From a virus (taxonomy: Duplodnaviria > Heunggongvirae > Uroviricota > Caudoviricetes), in IMG/VR virus record IMGVR_UViG_2529293139_000005: DNA of 19,601 nucleotides; one strand, written 5' to 3'. The translations under genes and the position numbers were made by a program. Below, one piece after another: positions 1 to 7,539 of this stretch. Numbering within the stretch: position 1 is the first letter of the stretch; each line of letters opens with the position of its first letter. A model generated the notes under the pieces. The model was not told the DNA's origin, did not search any database, and saw only the letters and a program-made list of their open reading frames with translations.

Positions 1-729
1 TTATTTGCTCTCTTCTGGATTCACCCAGGCAACTCGTCGCTGCATGTCGATTTGTTGCCATTCCAGATTTATGATGTTCGACTTTCTCAGACCAGTTGCC
101 AGCGCAAACTTGACGACAGATTTCAGTGGTTCGGGGCACTCATCAATAAGGCGTTTTGCTTCCTCCTTTTCCAGCCATCTGACTCGCTTGTTTCTGACCG
201 CTGGTATCTTGATGACAGGCGCTTTTTCCAGCCACTTCCAGTCGCGTTCTGCAGCACGGAGAATGGCCTTTATCATGGCAAGATGCTTTGCCTTTGTCTG
301 AGTTGATACTGGCTTTGGTTCATAAACAGGCAGTTCTTTACCTTTCCTGATGGCGGCCTGAACTTTCTGTTTCCATATTTCTTTCGTCTTTCTGTTATGC
401 ATTCTGCTTACAGCAGAGTAAATCTTTGCCTCCGAGATATCTTTAAGCCTTATATCCTCAAAATGTTCAAGCCAGAACTCAATCCGGCTTTTATCTGAAT
501 CGAGAGATTTTTTATCAGCTTTTTCCTCAAGCCATCTTAGGCAGGCCTCTTCAAAAGTGACATCAGGTAAATCCCCTAGCTTTTCTACTCGCCAGAGTTC
601 TGCTTTTCGCTTGTCGTGCAACTCCTGAGCTTGCCGCTTGTCCTTTGTGCCAAGAGATTCCTTAATTCGTTTCCCGCCCGGGAGCGAATACGAGGCATAC
701 CATATTTCATTTCTGCGGAAGAGTGACAT
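1..729 (-). CDS. int: Tyrosine integrase, N-terminal portion only (242 aa); frame closed by TAA at bases 3..1, catalytic domain not encoded; probable truncated or pseudogene int
   Basis: ORF 1..729(-) starts [33 protein letters not shown], the N-terminus typical of lambdoid IntD-type integrases (full length about 390 aa from memory). 729 bp = 242 codons plus stop, so the stop lies at the window edge. Confidence 0.7.
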   Translation of the reverse strand: MSLFRRNEIWYASYSLPGGKRIKESLGTKDKRQAQELHDKRKAELWRVEKLGDLPDVTFEEACLRWLEEKADKKSLDSDKSRIEFWLEHFEDIRLKDISEAKIYSAVSRMHNRKTKEIWKQKVQAAIRKGKELPVYEPKPVSTQTKAKHLAMIKAILRAAERDWKWLEKAPVIKIPAVRNKRVRWLEKEEAKRLIDECPEPLKSVVKFALATGLRKSNIINLEWQQIDMQRRVAWVNPEESK

Positions 730-956
730 TTTCTTTCCTCTGTTATGCCATCACCCGCGCTCACCTGGACAGTATGCAGCGGAGACTGAAGCGCCGCAAT
801 GCAGGCTTGCCGTGTTGTGAGGTAAGGAGATTTTGGCTTGGTTGGATCTTTACGTGTTGCCTGTAGGCGGCCTGTTCGTATCCAGTTGGTGGCGGTTGGT
901 CTGGATATCTTAAGAAACTGACAGGCCTCATCGAGTGTGAGGCTGTATGATTCCAT
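585..956 (-). CDS. xis: Excisionase-like HTH protein (AlpA/Xis family); start taken at internal Met [31 protein letters not shown]; overlaps int start
   Basis: ORF 585..986(-); HTH segment [21 protein letters not shown] resembles phage excisionase/AlpA DNA-binding domains; position directly upstream of int as in lambdoid phages. Start and extent uncertain. Confidence 0.55.
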   Translation of the reverse strand: MESYSLTLDEACQFLKISRPTATNWIRTGRLQATRKDPTKPKSPYLTTRQACIAALQSPLHTVQVSAGDGITEERKCHSSAEMKYGMPRIRSRAGNELRNLLAQRTSGKLRSCTTSEKQNSGE

Positions 957-1206
957 GGTTACCTCTGCTTTTTGAACGCATGTCACGTAACTTCTTAATG
1001 TGTTCTGCCGTTTCGATCTCTTCTGCTATCCGATCTGCATCAGCTTTATTCACAGGTTCAAAGTCATGATTAAAGCGGAACATGCTGGCGATACATGTTC
1101 TGCCTTTTCGGATGTAGTGAACTTTGTTGTGGGTAGAACGCAGGATTTTGCAGGGAGTGCCGTGGTGGTCGACGTACCAGGTGTTAGGAAAAATGATTCT
1201 GAACAT
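928..1206 (-). CDS. Hypothetical early-left protein (92 aa)
   Basis: ORF 928..1206(-), same strand and operon orientation as flanking phage genes; no family recognised. Confidence 0.35.
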   Translation of the reverse strand: MFRIIFPNTWYVDHHGTPCKILRSTHNKVHYIRKGRTCIASMFRFNHDFEPVNKADADRIAEEIETAEHIKKLRDMRSKSRGNHGIIQPHTR

Positions 1207-1253
1207 TTTTACACCTCAGTTGGACGATGTTGAAATTTGCTGCTTTGAGGCCA

Positions 1254-1472
1254 TCACAGTCCCCATTGTTTGTTCTTAAGTTCGATCTCCTCCTGGCAAC
1301 TCGCACAAGTCCGACAACCCTGAACAGCCAGGCGTCTTCGCTCATCTATCGGATCGCCACACTCACAACAATGAGTTGCGGATACAGTCTGGTAGTTCAG
1401 ACGACGCATTTTTATTGCTGTATTGCGCTGTAATTCTTCGATTTCTGATGCTGAATCAATGATGTCTGCCAT
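1254..1472 (-). CDS. TraR/DksA-family C4 zinc-finger protein (72 aa)
   Basis: MADIIDSASEIEELQRNTAIKMRRLNYQ...CCECGDPIDERRRLAVQGCRTCASC: CxxC...CxxC zinc ribbon preceded by a coiled region, as in phage TraR-like proteins. Confidence 0.7.
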   Translation of the reverse strand: MADIIDSASEIEELQRNTAIKMRRLNYQTVSATHCCECGDPIDERRRLAVQGCRTCASCQEEIELKNKQWGL

Positions 1473-1570
1473 CTTTCATTAATCCCTGAATTGTTGGTTA
1501 ATACGCTTGAGGGTAAATGCGAATAATAAAAAAGGAGCCTGTAGCTCCCTGATGATTTTGCTTTTCATGT

Positions 1571-1852
1571 TCACCGTTCCTTAAAGACGCCGTTCAACAT
1601 GCCGATCGCCAGGCTTAAATGAGTCGGTGTGAATCCCATCAGCGTTACCGTTTCGCGGTGCTTCTTTAGTACGCTACGGCAAATGTCATCGACGTTTTTA
1701 TCCGGAAACTGCTGTCTGGCTTTTTTGATTTCAGAATTAGCCTGACGGGCAATGCTGCGAAGGGCGTTTTCTTGCTGAGGTGTCATTGAACAAGCCCCAT
1801 GTCGGCAAGCATAAGCACACAGAATATGAAGCCCGCTGCCAGAAAAATGCAT
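1571..1852 (-). CDS. Hypothetical early-left protein; start uncertain (ATG 1852 giving 93 aa, or ATG 1786 giving 71 aa beginning MTPQQENALRSIARQ)
   Basis: ORF 1571..1852(-); both candidate ATGs sit in ATGA start/stop overlaps with upstream reading frames. Confidence 0.45.
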   Translation of the reverse strand: MHFSGSGLHILCAYACRHGACSMTPQQENALRSIARQANSEIKKARQQFPDKNVDDICRSVLKKHRETVTLMGFTPTHLSLAIGMLNGVFKER

Positions 1853-1862
1853 TCAGTGGTTG

Positions 1863-2054
1863 TCATACCTGGTCTCTCTCATCTGCTTCTGCTTTCGCCA
1901 CCATCATTTCCAGCTTTTGTGAAAGGGATGCGGCTAACGTGTGAAATTCTTCGTCTGTTTCTACTGGTATTGGCACAAACCTGACTCCAATTTGAGCGAG
2001 GCTATGTGCCATCTCGATACTCGTTCTTAACTCAACGGGAGATGCTTTGTGCAT
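1863..2054 (-). CDS. Hypothetical small early-left protein (63 aa)
   Basis: ORF 1863..2054(-) with GAGGGG about 5 nt upstream of the ATG; lies in the small-ORF cluster left of exo as in lambda. Confidence 0.45.
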   Translation of the reverse strand: MHKASPVELRTSIEMAHSLAQIGVRFVPIPVETDEEFHTLAASLSQKLEMMVAKAEADERDQV

Positions 2055-2215
2055 ACAGCCCCTCGTTTATTATTTATCTCCTCAGCCAGCCGCTGGGCTT
2101 TCAGTGGATTTTGGATAACAGAAAGGCCGGGAAATACCCAGCCTCGCTTTGTAACGGAGTAGACGAAAGTGATCGCGCCTACCCGGATATTATCGTGAGG
2201 ATGCGTCATCGCCAT
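2027..2215 (-). CDS. Hypothetical small protein (62 aa) immediately upstream of exo; overlaps neighbours
   Basis: ORF 2027..2215(-); overlaps exo start by 10 nt and the 1863..2054 ORF by 28 nt, so at most weakly supported. Confidence 0.3.
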   Translation of the reverse strand: MAMTHPHDNIRVGAITFVYSVTKRGWVFPGLSVIQNPLKAQRLAEEINNKRGAVCTKHLPLS

Positions 2216-2886
2216 TGCTCCCCAAATACAAAACCAATTTCAGCCAGTGCCTCGTCCATTTTTTCGATGAACTCCGGCACCATCTCGTCAAAACTCGCCA
2301 TGTACTTTTCATTCCGCTCAATCACGACATAATGCAGGCCTTCACGCTTCATGCGCGGGTCATAGTTGGCAAAGTACCAGGCATCTTTTCGCGTCACCCA
2401 CATGCTGTACTGCACCTGGGCCATGTAAGCCGATTTTATTGCCTCGAAACCACCGAGCCGGAATTTCATGAAATCCCGGGAGGTAAACGGGCATTTCAGT
2501 TCAAGGCCGTTGCCGTCACTGCATAAACCATCGGGAGAGCAGGCGGTGCGCATATTTTCGTCGCGATAGATGATCGGGGATTCAGTAATATTCACGCTGG
2601 AAGTGAATTCAAACAGGGTTCTGGCGTCGTTCTCGTACTGTTTTCCCCAGGCCAGCGCCTTAGCATTAACTTCCGGAGCCACACCGGTGCAAACCTCAGC
2701 CAGCAGGGTGTGGAAGTAGGACATTTTCATGTCAGGCCACTTCTTTCCTGAGCGGGGCTTTGCTATCACGTTGTGAACTTCTGAAGCGGTGATGACGCCG
2801 AGCCGTAATTTGTGCCATGCATCATCCCCCTGTTCGACAGCTCTCACGTCGATCCCGGTACGCTGCAGGATAATGTCCGGTGTCAT
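2206..2886 (-). CDS. exo: Lambda-type exonuclease (Red alpha, 226 aa)
   Basis: [40 protein letters not shown]... matches lambda Exo essentially along its whole length (from memory); ATGA overlap with bet stop. Confidence 0.95.
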   Translation of the reverse strand: MTPDIILQRTGIDVRAVEQGDDAWHKLRLGVITASEVHNVIAKPRSGKKWPDMKMSYFHTLLAEVCTGVAPEVNAKALAWGKQYENDARTLFEFTSSVNITESPIIYRDENMRTACSPDGLCSDGNGLELKCPFTSRDFMKFRLGGFEAIKSAYMAQVQYSMWVTRKDAWYFANYDPRMKREGLHYVVIERNEKYMASFDEMVPEFIEKMDEALAEIGFVFGEQWR

Positions 2887-3668
2887 GCAGCCACCTTCTG
2901 CTCAGAGGCTTTCTGTTTCAGGAATCCAAGAGCTTTCACTGCTTCGGCCTGTGTCAGTTCTGACGATGCGCGAATGTCGCGGCGAAATATCTGGGAACAG
3001 AGCGGCAATAAGTCGTCATCCCATGTTTTATCCAGGGCAATCAGCAGAGTGTTAATCTCCTGCATGGTTTCATCGTTAACCGGAGTGATGTCGCGTTCCG
3101 GCTGACGTTCTGCAGTGTATGCGGTATTTTCGACAATGCGCTCGGCTTCATCCTTGTCATAGATACCAGCAAATCCGAAGGCCAGACGGGCACACTGAAT
3201 CATGGCTTTATGACGTAACATCCGTTTGGGATGCGACTGCCACGGTCCCGTGATTTCTCTGCCTTCGCGGGTTTTGAATGGTTCGCGGCGACATTCATCC
3301 ATCCACTCGGTAACGCAGATCGGATGATTGCGGTCCTTGCGGTAAATCCGGCATGTACAGGATTCATTGTCCTGCTCAAAGTCCATGCCATCAAACTGCT
3401 GGTTTTCATTGATGATGCGGGACCAGCCATCAACGCCCACCACCGGAACGATGCCGTTCTGCTTATCAGGAAAGGCGTAAATTTCTTTCGTCCACGGATT
3501 AAGGCCGTACTGGTTGGCGACGATCAGCAATGCGATGAACTGCGCATCGCTGGCATCGCCTTTAAATGCCGTCTGGCGAAGAGTGGTGATCAGTTCCTGT
3601 GGGTCGACAGAATCCATGCCGACACGTTCAGCCAGCTTCCCTGCCAGCGTTGCGAGTGCTGTACTCAT
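2883..3668 (-). CDS. bet: Lambda-type single-strand annealing protein Bet (Red beta, 261 aa)
   Basis: [66 protein letters not shown]... matches lambda Bet from memory. Confidence 0.95.
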   Translation of the reverse strand: MSTALATLAGKLAERVGMDSVDPQELITTLRQTAFKGDASDAQFIALLIVANQYGLNPWTKEIYAFPDKQNGIVPVVGVDGWSRIINENQQFDGMDFEQDNESCTCRIYRKDRNHPICVTEWMDECRREPFKTREGREITGPWQSHPKRMLRHKAMIQCARLAFGFAGIYDKDEAERIVENTAYTAERQPERDITPVNDETMQEINTLLIALDKTWDDDLLPLCSQIFRRDIRASSELTQAEAVKALGFLKQKASEQKVAA

Positions 3669-3673
3669 TCGTT

Positions 3674-3970
3674 TTATACCTCTGAATCAATATCAACCTG
3701 GTGGTGAGCAATGGTTTCAACCATGTACCGGATGTGTTCTGCCATGCGCTCCTGAAACTCAACATCGTCATCAAACGCACGGGTAATGGCTTTTTTGCTG
3801 GCCCCGTGGCGTTGCAAATGATCGATGCATAGCGATTCAAACAGGTGCTGGGGCAGGCCTTTTTCCATGTCGTCTGCCAGTTCTGCCTCTTTCTCTTCAC
3901 GGGCGATCTGCTGGTAGTGACGCGCCCAGCTCTGAGCCTCAAGACGATCCTGAATGTAATAAGCGTTCAT
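3674..3970 (-). CDS. gam: Gam, RecBCD inhibitor (98 aa, GamS-length form)
   Basis: [60 protein letters not shown]... matches lambda Gam from memory; 5-nt gap to bet start. Confidence 0.9.
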   Translation of the reverse strand: MNAYYIQDRLEAQSWARHYQQIAREEKEAELADDMEKGLPQHLFESLCIDHLQRHGASKKAITRAFDDDVEFQERMAEHIRYMVETIAHHQVDIDSEV

Positions 3971-4046
3971 GGCTGAACTCCTGAAAATGGCTGTGAAAAT
4001 AGCGCCCGCGAAATGCCAGGCTGATTAGGAAAACAGGAAAGGGGGG

Positions 4047-4424
4047 TTAGTGATTCAGGCCGTTACCGCGTCCGTCGAGAAAAACTTCCACGAGCAAATC
4101 ACGGGTATAAGTGCGCTCGATGCCGCGATGCAGATAAAGCCGTCCGCGTAAATTAGCTGATGCAGTCCAGGTACCATCTTTGTGTTTGACCAGCATTCCT
4201 GGCATGACCGCACCTCGATTAACGGTCTGCGTTCCGTAATGTTGATGAACCATAAAAACTCCTGCCCGTAAGCTGGGCTGCTGAACATATAGAGACTTCT
4301 GCGCGTATTCAGGCGGTGGATGGCCGCCGGTTGTCATAACTAAGCCGCCTCGTTGAAGCGACTGAGGTATGAGGTGTTGAGTTGATTTCAGCTGGTCACA
4401 CCGACGTTCACGCGTCCGTTTCAC
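4047..4424 (-). CDS. Hypothetical early-left protein with Arg-rich N-terminus (possible N-like antiterminator, or a kil-position gene); start uncertain (TTG 4457, GTG 4424 or ATG 4337)
   Basis: ORF 4047..4457(-) begins at TTG. GTG at 4424 is preceded by GGGGAG at 8-nt spacing and would give MKRTRERRCDQLK, reminiscent of N-protein Arg-rich motifs; ATG 4337 has GAGG upstream. First gene downstream of the putative PL. Confidence 0.4.
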   Translation of the reverse strand: MKRTRERRCDQLKSTQHLIPQSLQRGGLVMTTGGHPPPEYAQKSLYVQQPSLRAGVFMVHQHYGTQTVNRGAVMPGMLVKHKDGTWTASANLRGRLYLHRGIERTYTRDLLVEVFLDGRGNGLNH

Positions 4425-4523
4425 CCCTCGCACTCCCCGGAGCCTGCCGAAATTCAAGCTGCGGATCTAAGCGGTCATCGCAACGGTGAATCAGGCGGTT
4501 GCCGTATCGTTGTGTTGTTGCGA

Positions 4524-4580
4524 CATGGTAATAATAGCTATTGCTATTGGTGGTATCAATACTTATTGCTATTGATTGAT
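4524..4580 (-). promoter_or_regulatory. Candidate PL promoter with operators (OL): minus-strand -35 TTGATA (plus 4554..4559), 17-bp spacer, -10 TATTAT (plus 4531..4536); TTGCTATT repeats
   Basis: Sigma70-like hexamers with 17-bp spacer read off the minus strand; 13-mer TTGCTATTGATTG at 4566..4578 is identical to 7216..7228 in the cI-cro intergenic region; palindrome AATAGCTATT at 4533..4542. Confidence 0.45.
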
Positions 4581-4699
4581 GTGTTTTGATATTAACTGTT
4601 TGATAGCAAAAAGAATTAATTTTGTGACTTGCATCGCATAGCGATAACTGAAGGGAGGTTGTGGTGGTTTTTCGAACGGTTTGTGTGATGAGGGGAGGG

Positions 4700-4730
4700 G
4701 ACAAAAGAAAACCCGGCACGGTGGCCGGGC
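4700..4730 (-). terminator. Rho-independent terminator ending the cI-kinase cassette transcript
   Basis: Minus strand reads CCCGGC-caccgt-GCCGGG followed by TTTTCTTTTGT; GC stem 4712..4717 / 4724..4729. Confidence 0.6.
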
Positions 4731-4894
4731 TAGATCTTAAAGTATTTATCTTTTAGAGATGTAGATGCAAAATTTTTTGCCTTTGAAAATTTTTTGTCAT
4801 CAGAAGAGCTTATGAACTCATCTTTTTTGTAGGGAACCGCTAATGCTGCATCACGTCTGCGAGGCAGCTTACTTACTTCCTCGCACTTTTTCAT
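4730..4894 (-). CDS. Small basic protein (54 aa, MKKCEEVSKLPRRRDAALAVPYKKDEFISSSDDKKFSKAKNFASTSLKDKYFKI); third gene of the kinase cassette; absent from the supplied ORF track
   Basis: Hand translation of the minus strand; ATG 4894..4892 lies 2 nt after the kinase TGA (4899..4897) with AAGGA 8 nt upstream; TAG stop overlaps the terminator stem. Confidence 0.4.
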   Translation of the reverse strand: MKKCEEVSKLPRRRDAALAVPYKKDEFISSSDDKKFSKAKNFASTSLKDKYFKI

Positions 4895-4896
4895 GA

Positions 4897-5943
4897 TCAG
4901 TTATCCTTTAATAACCTATACAGTTTTGTAGGGGTACATCCTGAGGATATTGTTAAGTTCGTAGCACGCCTTTTCCGCCCACCATCGTATAAACGAAAAC
5001 CAGTAGTAGACGAATTTTCTGCGTCAAAAACTATAGACAGTATAACGTCCCCAGACTTTTTTTGCCATTCATATGTGCCGTTAGTTGGTTTTGTCATCTG
5101 TAGACGCCAGTCAAGAACGCCATCACTTATAGCTGAGAGATCGTTTAGTACGTCTAGTACGGATTGATATCTTTCATTTGGATCTACATGAATGCATTTG
5201 TTTACTATTGTTATCAATTTTTTATGTATGTGGGAAGGATACTCTTTTAATGGATAGGAGCCATTAATTATCGACTCTCTGAGTTGTTCAATCGTTCTAA
5301 ATGCAGATCTTTCTCTTTCAAAATTATCATATCCAACACACATTCTATATATGGTTAATCCTGCCTGATATATGTCATATGTGAAATTATAATCATTTGT
5401 TGATAAAGAAAAATATTCCGGTGGCACATGAAAATGATATCCAAACTCAGGCGCAGCTCTCGATTCCTCATTGACTAACTGAGACAATCCAAAGTCAGAT
5501 AGCATGGCCTCATTTCTGTTTGATATCATGATGTTATTAGGTTTTATATCAAAATGCATAAGACCTTTTGAGTGTATATGATAAAGCCCACTTAAAAATT
5601 GAATAGAATACCGTATTATCTCCCTGCTCGTAAGATTAATCTTTTTTATTAATTGGTTTAGCGAACCATTATGATAAAATGGCATGGCTATATAGATATT
5701 GCTCTCACATTGAGCAGCATACTGAACTTGCACAATATTTGGATGTGCATGTTTATAGAGAAGCCTTGCTTCATTAAAGTAGTCGTCGTGGTTAGTGTTT
5801 TCTTTTTTTTCTATTTCTTTAATCACCAAGTCATGAGCTAGGTGTCTGTCATGAGCCAGATATACTTTTGAAAAACAACCCTGTTCTTCTAGATCACGAA
5901 TCCATTCGAATGCTACATCAGCTCTTTTGTATGGAGTCAGCAT
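4897..5943 (-). CDS. Hanks-type (eukaryotic-like) Ser/Thr protein kinase, 348 aa, with C-terminal extension of unknown function
   Basis: Kinase motifs in order: LVIKE (beta3 Lys), HFDIKPNN (catalytic loop, non-RD), SDFGLS (DFG), PPEY (APE-like); strong GGAGG RBS; AT-rich relative to neighbours. Confidence 0.85.
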   Translation of the reverse strand: MLTPYKRADVAFEWIRDLEEQGCFSKVYLAHDRHLAHDLVIKEIEKKENTNHDDYFNEARLLYKHAHPNIVQVQYAAQCESNIYIAMPFYHNGSLNQLIKKINLTSREIIRYSIQFLSGLYHIHSKGLMHFDIKPNNIMISNRNEAMLSDFGLSQLVNEESRAAPEFGYHFHVPPEYFSLSTNDYNFTYDIYQAGLTIYRMCVGYDNFERERSAFRTIEQLRESIINGSYPLKEYPSHIHKKLITIVNKCIHVDPNERYQSVLDVLNDLSAISDGVLDWRLQMTKPTNGTYEWQKKSGDVILSIVFDAENSSTTGFRLYDGGRKRRATNLTISSGCTPTKLYRLLKDN

Positions 5944-6398
5944 CCCCTTACCTCCGCAGATAGTGCAGCCAAAACAGCTTCATTTGTTTCAGTTGTAAAA
6001 CCAGAATTATCGATTCCATTTATATTACGGTGTGACTTCAATATTTCTTTATACTCGATCTCTGTTAGGTTCAATGATGACTTCATACCAGATTTTCTAA
6101 TGGTGTAATATCTTCTTACATCACTGCTTGAAAATGCTTCTTGAATAACAGCTTCTATATAAAGGCGGTCAATGCTAAGATTATCAGAGTTTGATTCAGT
6201 AACGCGTATAGCAGCTAATTCAACATTATATAAATTAAGAATGTCGAGGATGTTATTTCGCACATACTTTAATTTTTCTGGTGTGTCTAAGGTCGAAGGT
6301 ATTTTAATAACATCAACACATTTGAGTGCAGACTCATCAGTGCAATATACAACAAAAGATGTAACTTTGGGCGCCGCCCTAACACCTAGTATTCTCAT
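5937..6398 (-). CDS. Hypothetical protein (153 aa), first gene of the kinase cassette, translationally coupled to the kinase
   Basis: ORF 5937..6398(-); its TGA (5939..5937) lies 2 nt inside the kinase ATG (5943..5941); no recognisable domain; AT-rich. Confidence 0.65.
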   Translation of the reverse strand: MRILGVRAAPKVTSFVVYCTDESALKCVDVIKIPSTLDTPEKLKYVRNNILDILNLYNVELAAIRVTESNSDNLSIDRLYIEAVIQEAFSSSDVRRYYTIRKSGMKSSLNLTEIEYKEILKSHRNINGIDNSGFTTETNEAVLAALSAEVRGC

Positions 6399-6478
6399 TT
6401 TTTATATCCCATTTTAGAATCAGGCTGCGTTTCTGCAGCCTCTCTCATCACCCAAATGTCTAATCAGGCTATTATTGA

Positions 6479-7171
6479 TTATCCATGTTTCCTGTATGTT
6501 TGCGGCATGCTCCCAATAACTTTCCCGAAGATAAACACCCGGTTCATCTCGTCTTTCTCGATTGGGTCCCACGGTGAGTAGCTCTTGTTATCAGAGATAA
6601 CCAGCAGTTTATCCTTCATCATTTGCAGGCGCTTAACATGGGCTGTGTCGTCATACAGAAACGCATAGATACCATCACCGTCGAAAGATTTAACAGTGAT
6701 ATCAACGAACAGAAGATCACCTGGTTCGATCGTTCCTGACATGCTGTCACCGCGTACGTTAATGATGCGGATATTTTCTGCCTTCCTGCCATCGAACATG
6801 TGACGAGCATCGTCAAACGAGTACTCAACCGAGCGTAGAACTTCTACAAACTCACGGTTGATGACTCCCGGCCCGGCACTCACTTCTATATCAAGAACGT
6901 CAATCTTGAAGTATTTGGGATGGTTGGCAGCAGGCTTCCCTGATTGTTGACCGTCATTTCTCATCGGGCCTATGCCTGATGAGAGCCACTCTGTTCGAAC
7001 ACCCAATGCATTAGCTATTTCAACAATTTTTGTTGAGCCGCGTGCGTTGCCGCTTGTCAGTCTCCAGATTGTGGGTTGAGCTACGCCAGACGCCTTTGCA
7101 AGAGCGCCTTGAGACATTCCAGATTGTTCCATCGCTAGGTTTAAGCGATCAGCAAGAGTTTCTTTTTTCAT
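6479..7171 (-). CDS. cI: CI-type prophage repressor: N-terminal XRE-family HTH plus C-terminal LexA-like S24 autopeptidase domain (about 230 aa from Met at 7171)
   Basis: HTH MSQGALAKASGVAQPTIWRL; S24-like segment with RGDSMSG (Ser) and downstream VKRL (Lys); no SD before ATG 7171 (possibly leaderless like lambda cI); the ORF-track start at 7207 would fall inside the promoter. Confidence 0.85.
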   Translation of the reverse strand: MKKETLADRLNLAMEQSGMSQGALAKASGVAQPTIWRLTSGNARGSTKIVEIANALGVRTEWLSSGIGPMRNDGQQSGKPAANHPKYFKIDVLDIEVSAGPGVINREFVEVLRSVEYSFDDARHMFDGRKAENIRIINVRGDSMSGTIEPGDLLFVDITVKSFDGDGIYAFLYDDTAHVKRLQMMKDKLLVISDNKSYSPWDPIEKDEMNRVFIFGKVIGSMPQTYRKHG

Positions 7172-7180
7172 AAGTTTTAA

Positions 7181-7250
7181 TTTATACGCTTGCGTATTGA
7201 TGGTCAAAACACGTTTTGCTATTGATTGGGTTAATACGCATTGCTATTAT
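7181..7250. promoter_or_regulatory. Divergent PRM/PR promoter and operator (OR) region between cI and cro
   Basis: Plus-strand PR candidate: -35 TTGATT 7222..7227, 17-bp spacer, -10 TATTAT 7245..7250; minus-strand PRM candidate -10 TATAAA (plus 7181..7186); near-palindrome ATACGCTTGCGTAT; TTGCTATT at 7216 and 7241. Confidence 0.5.
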
Positions 7251-7281
7251 CCATTCATTGTAATACCAATAGGAATTGATA

Positions 7282-7509
7282 ATGACAAATCAAACCATTC
7301 AACTCGCAATCAGTATTACAGGTAGTCAAAAACGACTGGCAGATCTATGCGGTGTAGCCCAGCCCACTGTTTGGCGTTGGCTACACGGTGGCGGAATTGA
7401 TGCCCGCTATGTAATGAAAATTGTCTCAGCCACTGGTGGAAAGATTAAACCAGCAGATATTCGTCCCGACCTTGCACCATTGTTTAACGCGAGTAATTCT
7501 GCCGCCTAA
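7282..7509 (+). CDS. cro: Cro-like HTH regulator (75 aa from ATG 7282)
   Basis: MTNQTIQLAISITGSQKRLADLCGVAQPTVWRWLHGG with HTH; AGGAA RBS 7271..7275; divergent from cI. Confidence 0.8.
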   Translation: MTNQTIQLAISITGSQKRLADLCGVAQPTVWRWLHGGGIDARYVMKIVSATGGKIKPADIRPDLAPLFNASNSAA

Positions 7510-7539
7510 ACTGCGGCGTTAACTGATAAGGCAATGATT

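Noticed and set aside
5-306. Plus-strand ORFs 5..301 and 52..306
   Set aside because: Antisense to the integrase fragment.
3231-3707. 158-aa plus-strand ORF (also 3200..3433 minus and 3628..3942 minus)
   Set aside because: Alternative frames or antisense within bet and gam, which match lambda proteins.
4408-4719. 103-aa minus-strand ORF spanning the putative OL/PL region
   Set aside because: Overlaps the operator/promoter repeats and the terminator, has a low-complexity composition, and conflicts with the better-supported regulatory interpretation; likely a chance ORF.
7501-7517. Hairpin GCCGC-ctaaact-GCGGC spanning the cro stop, considered as a tR1 terminator or nutR boxB
   Set aside because: No U-tract follows it, and the 7-nt loop and lack of an adjacent boxA-like sequence do not fit a lambda-type boxB; left unassigned.
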